Positions 8,910 through 16,930 of a stretch of DNA of 64,000 nt are shown one piece after another. How positions within the stretch are numbered: the first letter of the stretch is position 1; each line of letters begins with the position of its first letter. The notes under the pieces are model-generated. The model searched no databases, was not told the DNA's origin, and worked only from the letters and a program-made list of their open reading frames with translations. A program made the position numbers and the translations under genes. Origin of the DNA: a phage; the sequence record PX393110.1; one strand, 5' to 3'.

Positions 8910-10168
8910 TAGTTCCTCCGACCACCTCTGCCACCATAAGTCTGTAGGCGAGAATACACATCACGAGTAATCTGTTCGATTTCACCATGAGCTCTCATGA
9001 TCCAAGGTGAGCTAATTCCGTCCTTACCACGACGGCACTTAGCCACTTTAAGAATACCGCAGTGCTTCTCACTACGAGGACTCAGACCGACCGTAACCAT
9101 CATATCTACGTTCTGCTGCTTACGAGCAGATTCACCAGCAGAATCGATATTCAGTTCTTCCTCTCCCCAGTATTGAATCTTAGGCTGAGAGGCAACGAAC
9201 ACCAGGCGAGCAGGTTCGTAGATAGGTTTAGCTATGGAAGTCAGGATGTCATAGATATGACCACCATCGTCATACATACTTCCTGTTTCCGGACGCTTAA
9301 GGTTGGAGTCATAGTCCACTACCAGACAGTCGTAGCGCTTCTTACCTCGACAACTATCCAGGTATTCTTCCAGATCTTCAGCACCGAGACTACGAGAAGG
9401 CACTGTAATCAGGTCGATATAGTTCAGGATCTCACGAACGTCGTCGGTAAGGTGTTTATTCAGTTCGGCGACAACCTTAGCATAAGGAGTACCGGTGATC
9501 ACCGCCGTAGCACGAGATAAGAAGTCGTAGCGAGTTAAGTCGCCAAGAGCTACCCATAAAGTGCGACGACCCTGTGTAGCGAATCCGAGGACTTCCTGTA
9601 GCATGATAGCAGATTTACCACCACCAGGACGACCTACGAACTGAATTACCTGACCAGGAATATAGCCATTAAATACCGAGGCTTCAGTAACCACATCCAG
9701 AGTAGACTGGAATACGCCATCTAAGCCACCGATGTCATGTTCCATTACAGTATCTACATCCAGACCACCCAGAGTATGTACCGGAATAGTCGAAGTCAGA
9801 CTACGTGGAATATCACGAATCAGATCAATCAACATACCGGTATCTTCGGAGTTAGCTTTCATGATCTCTGTCAGTTTACGCTCCTGATAGAATCGGAAGA
9901 AGTTATTCACAATCTTCTCAATTTCTTTAGGATCGTTAACCAGACGGAAATTCTCGGCCAACTCAACAAAGTTAGATATGTCCTCTGCAGGACATACCTC
10001 ACCAAGTATCGAGTGAATTACAGCTGGGGTGGCATCCTGTAACTTAATACCGGACTCCACGAGGGTTCTTGCAATCTCAGTAGACCAGGGAAGATCATTA
10101 ATCGTGAGTCCCATAGACTCTTTGATCTTAGGGTTAAACAAACTTGCTACGTGTGTGATCTCTGACAT
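8909..10168 (-). CDS. DnaB-like replicative DNA helicase
   Basis: Walker A GRPGGGKSAIML, Walker B-like CLVVDYDSNL, RecA-fold C-terminal domain. Confidence 0.7.
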   Translation of the reverse strand: MSEITHVASLFNPKIKESMGLTINDLPWSTEIARTLVESGIKLQDATPAVIHSILGEVCPAEDISNFVELAENFRLVNDPKEIEKIVNNFFRFYQERKLTEIMKANSEDTGMLIDLIRDIPRSLTSTIPVHTLGGLDVDTVMEHDIGGLDGVFQSTLDVVTEASVFNGYIPGQVIQFVGRPGGGKSAIMLQEVLGFATQGRRTLWVALGDLTRYDFLSRATAVITGTPYAKVVAELNKHLTDDVREILNYIDLITVPSRSLGAEDLEEYLDSCRGKKRYDCLVVDYDSNLKRPETGSMYDDGGHIYDILTSIAKPIYEPARLVFVASQPKIQYWGEEELNIDSAGESARKQQNVDMMVTVGLSPRSEKHCGILKVAKCRRGKDGISSPWIMRAHGEIEQITRDVYSRLQTYGGRGGRRN

Positions 10169-10177
10169 TTCTATGTC

Positions 10178-11818
10178 CTATTTGCGAAATGATACCTTAG
10201 TGTGACTGATTACTTTCAGTCTACTTTTAATAGTTTCCATCTTGGACTTCATCTGCTTATTCAGCATATAATTATGCTTATCGAAGAAGAGTCCTACCTT
10301 AACCGCATCACCACGAGCCGAACGACCGATAGTCTGGATTACGCTCTTGTATGACTTGCCAGTTAAGGGTATAATAGAATCTAAGTTAGGGATGTCGATC
10401 CCTTCGGTACCAACGGAAGTAGTGATCAGCACTTTGAATGCTAAATCCTCAGCCAGTTCCTTGAGCTCGTCAAGTCCTAACCCTTCCGCTTCGCCTACAG
10501 GTGTCCAAACTACCGAACTCGAGAAGAATACAGTATCGATACCGATAGCATTCAGATTTCTAGCCATCTGAACACCATCTTCGACCTGAACCATCGGGAT
10601 ATAGGTTATACCTTTACCACCGAATACTTCATTATAAGTTCGTTTAATAGCCTCAGCAGTCATCATGCTACCCATATGCAGGTACAAACTACCTAACATA
10701 TACTCGGGTCGCTCTTTCTGATACTTGGCAATAACAGATCTGTCTTCTGACATCTCAACTAATATTTCGGTTAACTCTACCGGAACAGGTAGGTCATGCT
10801 CGATAATAGATGGTCCACAGTATGCTAATACCGCCATCCCCTTACTCGAAGCACCAAACTTAAATCCCTCGACGAGTAAACTGACGCCCTCCAGAGAATC
10901 CCCAGTGGCCGTAGTTCCCCAGATATACTCGGGATCGATAAGTTCTGTAAGTCTCTGCCAACCAGATGCAGAGAAGTGGTGAGCCTCGTCGGCTATAATA
11001 CAGTTAACCTGATTAAAGAACTCGGAGTACTCACCTTTCTTGTACTTATTGGTTCTCTGGAGTCCCGCCGGATTAATAACGTTAATCGGACTATTTACAT
11101 CCAGATCCCACGGAATAGTTACCCCGTACTTAGCAGCACGTAGAATAATCTCTTCCTTAACTCGGTTAGCGAAAGTATAGATCAACACTTTCTCTGTCAG
11201 ACCCGCTTCCAGTACAGACTCAGCAGTACCGATCAGCAGTTCTGTTTTACCAGCACCCGTATATAACCCGATGATCCCGAACTTAGAGTGACAGATAGCA
11301 TCTGCCGCACTCATCTGAATCTTACCCTTTTCAGGCTTAGGGTGATTTTCGAATACATCCAGCCATTTACGACTGAACTCGAATGCTGGCTCTTCCAGAC
11401 TATTATCGAACTGGGTAGGATCATCAGACGTAGCTATCGCAGTAGCACCAGGAATTACCTGAGCTCCTGAGTTGATCAGCTGATATAACATCTGACCTAC
11501 ACCGAGCTGGCAATTAACTTCACCAGCAAATAGACTCGTATATTTAATCTCTTTACGAGTCGGGAACATCCGTTTCATTCTCCAGTTATATTCCATCACA
11601 TCTTCGATGGCTGTGGAGAACATATGAATCTGTTTCAGTGCTTCCTGATCGTCAGCTGTGATCTTGCACAACATCCGAGACTCACGAGTAAAGTGTATAG
11701 TATACTCTTTACCAGCCGACTCGTTCTGAATCTTGGCTAATTCCATACGAATGGCTTTAGACACATCCGGATTTACCTTAGCCTTCTTCCCTACAAGATC
11801 CTCTAGCTTTACAGACAT
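10178..11818 (-). CDS. SF2 DEAH-box helicase (UvsW-like)
   Basis: Motif I GAGKTE, motif II IIADEAHH, motif III TTATG, motif V TTSVGTEGIDIP, motif VI QTIGRSARG; RBS AAGAGGAG. Confidence 0.75.
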   Translation of the reverse strand: MSVKLEDLVGKKAKVNPDVSKAIRMELAKIQNESAGKEYTIHFTRESRMLCKITADDQEALKQIHMFSTAIEDVMEYNWRMKRMFPTRKEIKYTSLFAGEVNCQLGVGQMLYQLINSGAQVIPGATAIATSDDPTQFDNSLEEPAFEFSRKWLDVFENHPKPEKGKIQMSAADAICHSKFGIIGLYTGAGKTELLIGTAESVLEAGLTEKVLIYTFANRVKEEIILRAAKYGVTIPWDLDVNSPINVINPAGLQRTNKYKKGEYSEFFNQVNCIIADEAHHFSASGWQRLTELIDPEYIWGTTATGDSLEGVSLLVEGFKFGASSKGMAVLAYCGPSIIEHDLPVPVELTEILVEMSEDRSVIAKYQKERPEYMLGSLYLHMGSMMTAEAIKRTYNEVFGGKGITYIPMVQVEDGVQMARNLNAIGIDTVFFSSSVVWTPVGEAEGLGLDELKELAEDLAFKVLITTSVGTEGIDIPNLDSIIPLTGKSYKSVIQTIGRSARGDAVKVGLFFDKHNYMLNKQMKSKMETIKSRLKVISHTKVSFRK

Positions 11819-11820
11819 AA

Positions 11821-12339
11821 TTACTCCTCTTTACTCTGGTAAAGTAACTGGACATCTGCCGCATTCTCGACATATTCCTGAGCTATACGAATAGCCCTAA
11901 CGACCATAGCCTTCTCTCCCCAGCTTAAGAACTCAGGAGTAGCGGCCATCTTAACGATCAACTCACGAGACAGATCTTCGATACACTTAATCTTGTTCGA
12001 GACCTTAGGAAACGCGAGTCTGTTATTGATGGTGATACGATCAGCAGGAATCTGGGTGAAGGTCTCGCCGAACAGTCTATCGAAATCTCCGATGTCGAGT
12101 TCAGTGAAGTAACCCTTACCTTCTTCCGTATCAAATATCCCATGAACTACTACGTTCTGTCGGATAGACACATTTAGTAAGTACTTAGAGTTCAGTAAGA
12201 TAACGTAGATACTCGAATAGCTTCGGAGATCACGTTTCCATGCTGATAACGACTCAGTAGGTGAGCCTTTGTATTCTACTCCCGAATTAAGAAGCATCTT
12301 AGCAAATGGGTCTAGGCTGTTAATTACTACAGTACTCAT
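11821..12339 (-). CDS. hypothetical protein (start refined to the ATG at 12339)
   Basis: Track ORF begins at a GTG at 12360, which would abut the promoter-like motif; the in-frame ATG at 12339 has an AAGGAG RBS 7 nt upstream. Confidence 0.45.
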   Translation of the reverse strand: MSTVVINSLDPFAKMLLNSGVEYKGSPTESLSAWKRDLRSYSSIYVILLNSKYLLNVSIRQNVVVHGIFDTEEGKGYFTELDIGDFDRLFGETFTQIPADRITINNRLAFPKVSNKIKCIEDLSRELIVKMAATPEFLSWGEKAMVVRAIRIAQEYVENAADVQLLYQSKEE

Positions 12340-12362
12340 TGTATTCTCCTTGGGTGCCACAG

Positions 12363-12395
12363 TTTAACAGCCTTTCGACGCTAATTAAAGGTGGT
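12363..12395 (-). promoter_or_regulatory. Conserved promoter-like motif, copy 3 (upstream half degenerate)
   Basis: TTTAACAGCCTTTCGA conserved; the AAAAGAGCGG half is replaced by AAAGGTGG. Confidence 0.4.
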
Positions 12396-12696
12396 CTTTA
12401 ACAGTTCCCAGAATATTATCTCTGGTATGGATTACGCCACTACGATTGGCTTCAATACGTGTGGTAGCTACTATTTCAAATACTTCTAATTGGATAGTAG
12501 GATGAATCATGCAAGTACGGATCAACATAGACAGAGCATCTTCGTAGCTCTGATAACCAGTCGCGTTCTTGTGATTATCCTGCCAAAGTCTATCTGTCGC
12601 CTGAGCTCGCTCCGAGATGTAAGAGATCTTACCATCTTTCATCTGACCAACACAATACTTAGCTTCAGAACTATCTGAAATATGTAACGTTTCCAT
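12385..12696 (-). CDS. hypothetical protein (103 aa)
   Basis: ORF track; co-oriented. Confidence 0.4.
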   Translation of the reverse strand: METLHISDSSEAKYCVGQMKDGKISYISERAQATDRLWQDNHKNATGYQSYEDALSMLIRTCMIHPTIQLEVFEIVATTRIEANRSGVIHTRDNILGTVKDHL

Positions 12697-12739
12697 AATT
12701 TCTCCTAATGGGGAGTTTTACCTCCCCTGAGTAAACATA

Positions 12740-12988
12740 TTAGAATGGGCGGTGACGAGATTCCGTTACCTGAAGACCTTCGAAGATCTTACCAACGAAG
12801 TCAAAGCTTACACCATCTTCTACCGATGTAATCTTGACACTATTGGTATCATCGATCTTCTGACCAGTCGCCAGGAGGCCGTTGGGGAGGACTACGCCTA
12901 CGAATTCACGAGTATCAGGTGGTCTACGGAAGTGTTTCTTCCCAGCAGGTTTCTTGTGTCTCGAGAACGGATTATTATTATAAGGCAT
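12740..12988 (-). CDS. hypothetical protein (82 aa, basic N-terminus)
   Basis: ORF track; co-oriented. Confidence 0.35.
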   Translation of the reverse strand: MPYNNNPFSRHKKPAGKKHFRRPPDTREFVGVVLPNGLLATGQKIDDTNSVKITSVEDGVSFDFVGKIFEGLQVTESRHRPF

Positions 12989-13349
12989 TGTCTAGCTCCT
13001 CTTTTATAGTATGATCTTTGTACATTCTTAAACTATACGGGTTCTCTATCTCTTCGAATTGAAGACCATCGAATCCATGTATCATGTTAGCGAATCGCAT
13101 ATTATACATGGTAATCCTGATCTGCCAAATCATAGAATTAGAGGCTTTACGGAATACTTTACACGGCTCACTAACTACAGCACCCTGGATCTTCTTTAGC
13201 TCGTTAACGATGTTCGACACATCTTCAAGTTCGCAATATGACTGAAAGATCCGTGATGGACATCGTCTTATTTGACTAACGTCTGAACCATACATAATTT
13301 TTACACAACGAGTAGATTGAACACAGAAGGACGTTGGATACGCCTCCAC
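12978..13349 (-). CDS. hypothetical protein (start uncertain)
   Basis: ORF track; the GTG start abuts the promoter-like motif, and an internal ATG at 13295 lacks a clear RBS. Confidence 0.3.
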   Translation of the reverse strand: MEAYPTSFCVQSTRCVKIMYGSDVSQIRRCPSRIFQSYCELEDVSNIVNELKKIQGAVVSEPCKVFRKASNSMIWQIRITMYNMRFANMIHGFDGLQFEEIENPYSLRMYKDHTIKEELDNAL

Positions 13350-13352
13350 CGC

Positions 13353-13383
13353 TTTAACAGCCTTTTAGGTCATTAAAACGGCG
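13353..13383 (-). promoter_or_regulatory. Conserved promoter-like motif, copy 4
   Basis: TTTAACAGCCTTTTAGG...AAAACGGCGG. Confidence 0.45.
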
Positions 13384-13392
13384 GAGTTCAGA

Positions 13393-14184
13393 TCAATACC
13401 GTGGGTCGGTATCCTGATAATCGCGAATCAAGTCATAGACGAGCACATCCAGACGAGTAGCATCTTCACGCTTCATGCGGGTAGGTCTGTACATATGAAT
13501 ACATACACAGTGCTTAGACCATACCTTAGCAGTCTGACGTTCCGTAAGTTCTTTACGGTCGACGATGTACTTCTCGAATGCGTGATAAGAGATAGGCTTT
13601 GATACTTCGATATATTGGCACATATCGAGGAATTGCGGGTAGTCGTCAGTCAGGTAACGACTGAATACATCCTGGTAATAGGAGTAGTTAGGGAACTTAC
13701 CACCATTTTCCAGAGATAAAGCATGAGTCTCTATCTCCTTCAGCATCAGAGACATGAATGCCTGATTATTGCTGGGGGAGGTCCACATGTTGATTTCGCA
13801 GTAGTCTAACCGAGGGGAATAAACGCGTACCTGAGTCTCGTGAGGAGTGTAGGTTTCGTGAGGGCTTCGGATAAAGAGTGTATCAGCATCAACATAGGAG
13901 TAACCACGAAGATCCATCATTACCTGAATCTTGAGTCGCAGGTAATCACATACAGAGGCCATCTTAGCCTTAGTCTTCAGGATATTATACGCTTTCTCCA
14001 TGATAGGATCTCTGGCGAATAAATCCTGGATCATAATGCATCGGCACCCTTCGATAATGTTTTCAGTATTATCGATCACCAGCACATGGTCCTTAGGTCC
14101 ATATTTCTGTAAGGATTTAATGCATTCCCGAACATGGATAGGCATCTTTGGTCCTACCCAAAGCTGGAAATAATTCTGACTCAT
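13393..14184 (-). CDS. Putative glycosyltransferase (GT32 / Gly_transf_sug-like)
   Basis: SVCDYLRLKIQVMMDLRGYSYVDADTLF matches the D-x-x-R-x-x-x-L...G-x-Y-x-D-x-D signature of GT32-type sugar transferases; RBS AGAGGTAA. Confidence 0.5.
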   Translation of the reverse strand: MSQNYFQLWVGPKMPIHVRECIKSLQKYGPKDHVLVIDNTENIIEGCRCIMIQDLFARDPIMEKAYNILKTKAKMASVCDYLRLKIQVMMDLRGYSYVDADTLFIRSPHETYTPHETQVRVYSPRLDYCEINMWTSPSNNQAFMSLMLKEIETHALSLENGGKFPNYSYYQDVFSRYLTDDYPQFLDMCQYIEVSKPISYHAFEKYIVDRKELTERQTAKVWSKHCVCIHMYRPTRMKREDATRLDVLVYDLIRDYQDTDPRY

Positions 14185-14817
14185 AGTTACCTCTATGTTA
14201 TTTATTTTAAACTGGATAGGGACCTAATAGAGTAAATTAGTAAATAAATACTTATTAGTTACCTCTTACCTATGCTAAGGGAAGCGTACTCGAGGAGTAC
14301 AGAGGCTTAGCGAAAGAGCGGAGTAACACCTTTATCCCAATTAGTCAAAGTAGAGAGCGAAGGAGTCGCGCCCGCTTGAGGCGGCGCGACCTCCGCTTCA
14401 CCAATCCTACCGGATGAGCGCCTGCGACCACCCGAGCCTACCCCTGCATCACTCTCTAAAGCCACTTCGGGCTTTACCTCGTTCTGCTACGCGATACGCA
14501 GGCGATAGCTACACTAAGTCCCCTGGAGATGGCTAGTAAGCATCCGCTACCAGTCATATCCAACCTAACATTGGCGAAGCCAGGGACTAGGCACTCCGCG
14601 CCAATAAGCTACATTAGGATTTATGTCCGTATTCGAAGATAGGCCGATCGGTGAGACTATGCATTCATCTCTGCTCAACCAGGAAGCGCCGATTAGGGTA
14701 AATACCCAAACTACCTTCTTAATGTCACTCCTCCCAGACCGCTTCGGGACTTAGCTTAAGTCATATCCGAATAATCTGGCATCTACGACGGACCGTAGTG
14801 TATGGAGCGTACTGCAA

Positions 14818-14849
14818 TTTAACAGCCTTTCGATTCATCAAAAGAGCGT
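14818..14849 (-). promoter_or_regulatory. Conserved promoter-like motif, copy 5
   Basis: TTTAACAGCCTTTCGATTCATCAAAAGAGCG; faces about 600 nt of ORF-free sequence before the glycosyltransferase gene. Confidence 0.5.
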
Positions 14850-14978
14850 AATTAGGGACCCGATTATTCCACTTAGCTGCCATCCGTTCGGGTCAACACA
14901 GATCGTTCCAGGTCTTAGGCATCATACCAGACCGTTTCAGTACACTCGGATTATTAGTTCCCGGTGACCATTTAAAGA

Positions 14979-15054
14979 TGGTGGCCCATACTGGTTTCGA
15001 ACCAGTGACCAATCGATTATGAGTCGACTGCTCTCACCACTGAGCTAATGGGCC
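14979..15054 (-). tRNA. tRNA-Met (anticodon CAT; elongator-type, or Ile2 if lysidinylated), CCA encoded
   Basis: Hand-folded cloverleaf: acceptor GGCCCAT/ATGGGCC, D-stem GCTC/GAGC, anticodon stem GTCGA/TCGAT, loop CTCATAA, T-stem ACTGG/CCAGT, T-loop TTCGAAA, 3' ACCA; 76 nt. Confidence 0.85.
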
Positions 15055-15199
15055 GAACTGGTCGGGACCGTGGCCCACACTAGAGGATTTGCCAAACTCC
15101 CCATTATCATGGCCTAAGCCATCCAGACAGCCGTGACTACCCTGCTCCGGTACATGTGATAATGGGGACGTATCCAAAAATGTGGAGATCCCGTTAAGG

Positions 15200-15276
15200 T
15201 GGTACTCCCTACAGGATTCGAACCTGTGACCAATAGCTTAGAAGGCTACTGCTCTATCCAGCTGAGCTAAGGGAGC
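15200..15276 (-). tRNA. tRNA-Arg (anticodon TCT), CCA encoded
   Basis: Hand-folded cloverleaf: acceptor GCTCCCT/AGGGAGT (G1-U72), D-stem GCTC/GAGC, anticodon stem GTAGC/GCTAT, loop CTTCTAA, T-stem ACAGG/CCTGT, T-loop TTCGAAT; 77 nt. Confidence 0.85.
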
Positions 15277-15457
15277 TTATTAATTCTTCTACCTGCTTAA
15301 CAGATTTATTCATGCCTGTTCCGTGACACTCCCCGCAGACCCAAGTCCGACAGAAGATATCACCAGGCTCAGCATCGTCACACTCTCCTAAACCTCCACA
15401 TTCTGGACATTTAGCTTCATTAACAATACTTCTTAGCTTATGAAAAGTAGTTTCCAT
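15254..15457 (-). CDS. Small zinc-ribbon protein (CPEC...CGEC)
   Basis: 67 aa with two CxxC pairs; RBS GGAGGA before the ATG at 15457; the 3' end overlaps the tRNA-Arg 5' end by 23 nt. Confidence 0.45.
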   Translation of the reverse strand: METTFHKLRSIVNEAKCPECGGLGECDDAEPGDIFCRTWVCGECHGTGMNKSVKQVEELISSLSSAG

Positions 15458-15473
15458 AAATCCTCCATTTTAG

Positions 15474-15541
15474 GATGACCTCTTAGCTTACCATCGCGAA
15501 AAGCTACATGGAGTGTAGTTAACGTGAACTAAGAGGTCATC
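15474..15541 (-). promoter_or_regulatory. Structured element closed by a 13-bp perfect inverted repeat
   Basis: GATGACCTCTTAG (15474-15486) pairs with CTAAGAGGTCATC (15529-15541); the enclosed 42 nt hold two further hairpins (TAGCTT/AAGCTA and CTACA/TGTAG). Lies directly 5' of the RBS of the zinc-ribbon gene. Confidence 0.4.
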
Positions 15542-15547
15542 ATAAAA

Positions 15548-15649
15548 TCAGCTATTGAAAGCTAATATAATACTGTCCCAACCATCTACATAAATTGCGT
15601 TGGCTACATATAATACGAAGAATATAGCAACGACTATTGGATTAATCAT
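15548..15649 (-). CDS. Possible small hydrophobic membrane peptide (33 aa)
   Basis: Track ORF 15548-15757 has an Arg-rich N-terminus with no RBS; the internal ATG at 15649 has AGGAGAG 7 nt upstream and encodes MINPIVVAIFFVLYVANAIYV..., a single predicted TM helix. Confidence 0.3.
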   Translation of the reverse strand: MINPIVVAIFFVLYVANAIYVDGWDSIILAFNS

Positions 15650-15989
15650 CGTACTCTCCTGAGAAATATTATCCTGCTTACTGTTACAGGGACGCCGTTC
15701 GTCGCGCCAGATTACCAATCGGCGATTAAGCCGATCTCGCCAACCGCGTAACGCCATTGGCTGGTATCACATAGGCTTGTAGCCCTCAGTCAACCTGTCC
15801 TGAGGAGGTAGGAAGAGCCATACGCCAAATCCGGGATTGATAGTCCCATATAGCTTCCTACTTTGCCATTCTCGTATGGCCTCGGATACGACTGTCTCTG
15901 GGTAAGGAGTCCCGACAGCTGATACGGTTTAGTTTATTTTTAATTTGAGTCCCACTCATACCTTACAGACTCAAGCACTGCAGACCACC

Positions 15990-16019
15990 GAAAAACCGAC
16001 TGGTACGCTAGCAGTCGGT
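15990..16019 (-). terminator. Rho-independent terminator about 30 nt downstream of promoter-like motif copy 6
   Basis: Stem ACCGACTG/CAGTCGGT (8 bp) with a 9-nt loop, followed on the minus strand by TTTTT. Confidence 0.5.
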
Positions 16020-16049
16020 CCCACGGATCCCATGAACAACTTATGACAA

Positions 16050-16080
16050 TTTAACAGCCTTTCGAGTCATCAAAAGAGTG
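16050..16080 (-). promoter_or_regulatory. Conserved promoter-like motif, copy 6
   Basis: TTTAACAGCCTTTCGAGTCATCAAAAGAGTG; no ORF of 60 aa or more within about 290 nt downstream. Confidence 0.5.
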
Positions 16081-16231
16081 TTAAGTTGCCCGCTCCCTAT
16101 CACCGAGCACTGTGATGATGGGAAATAGGGAGCGAAACGATTCCTAAGTTTTATCTTCTTCTCTAAGTGATTAACCGTTACATACGATATACCTTCTTAG
16201 TTAGATAAGCCGGAATTGGCACTTCGAACAC

Positions 16232-16263
16232 TTTAACAGCCTTTCGACCGTACAAAAGAGCGG
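16232..16263 (-). promoter_or_regulatory. Conserved promoter-like motif, copy 7
   Basis: TTTAACAGCCTTTCGACCGTACAAAAGAGCGG; tandem with copy 8, 58 bp apart. Confidence 0.5.
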
Positions 16264-16268
16264 CGTAA

Positions 16269-16811
16269 TTAGACGCTCGCCTCAGACACTTTAACAGCCT
16301 TTGGAACTGTAAAAAGAGCGGGTTTATACCATTCGGGAGTGCGGTAGAAAGTAATGGTACGACCCTCTTTCTCCCAGATATAGTATTTATCGTTCAGGTA
16401 GTTACGATACTTCTCGTAAACTGTTTCGCCAGGAGCACCTGCCACACACGCATAAGGTGTCATGTCAGTCTCCGGACCGACCTTCAAGTTCTTAGGCAGT
16501 TTGCTGAGTCGCGACAGAATAATATCTGTGGCATGCATACGACCGGTACGTTCATAGAACAGGATACACAGATAGTTAGCCAGCTCTTTAACGAAGTTGT
16601 AGTTACCGGAAGATTCACGGACCCAGCGTGCTGATGGGTGATTTACGTGAGTCTGTTTGTAAATACCCTCGATAGCTTGATCGCCATCCAGAACATGATG
16701 AGCTGTGGACAACAGCTGAGCACATTCGATAATCATTTTATTCTGGTGCATTGGCATACAATGGTCCATAGCACATTCTAACGCATCTTCGTGAGTACGG
16801 AAAATATTCAC
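16269..16811 (-). CDS. hypothetical protein (180 aa; GTG start)
   Basis: ORF track; AGGAG 8 nt upstream of the GTG at 16811. Confidence 0.5.
   Translation of the reverse strand: MNIFRTHEDALECAMDHCMPMHQNKMIIECAQLLSTAHHVLDGDQAIEGIYKQTHVNHPSARWVRESSGNYNFVKELANYLCILFYERTGRMHATDIILSRLSKLPKNLKVGPETDMTPYACVAGAPGETVYEKYRNYLNDKYYIWEKEGRTITFYRTPEWYKPALFTVPKAVKVSEASV
16290..16321 (-). promoter_or_regulatory. Conserved promoter-like motif, copy 8 (overlaps the 3' end of the upstream CDS)
   Basis: TTTAACAGCCTTTGGAACTGTAAAAAGAGCGG; the last codons of the 16269-16811 ORF read through it. Confidence 0.45.
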
Positions 16812-16896
16812 TATAATTACTCCTAACGTGGTTTGCTTACTTTAAGTCTCTCGTAAAAGATTTAGAGTAAGCATCGGAGGTAACCACCTCCGACAC

Positions 16897-16928
16897 TTTA
16901 ACAGCCTTTCGACGGTACAAAAGAGCGG
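16897..16928 (-). promoter_or_regulatory. Conserved promoter-like motif, copy 9, followed by a 5' hairpin GGAGGTGGTTACCTCC
   Basis: TTTAACAGCCTTTCGACGGTACAAAAGAGCGG; the hairpin at 16876-16891 would sit at the predicted 5' end of the transcript. Confidence 0.5.
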
Positions 16929-16930
16929 TT

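Noticed and set aside
15548-15757. Full-length 69-aa track ORF with an Arg-rich N-terminus
   Set aside because: No RBS at the listed start; only the C-terminal 33-aa hydrophobic part, which has an AGGAGAG RBS, is retained at low confidence.
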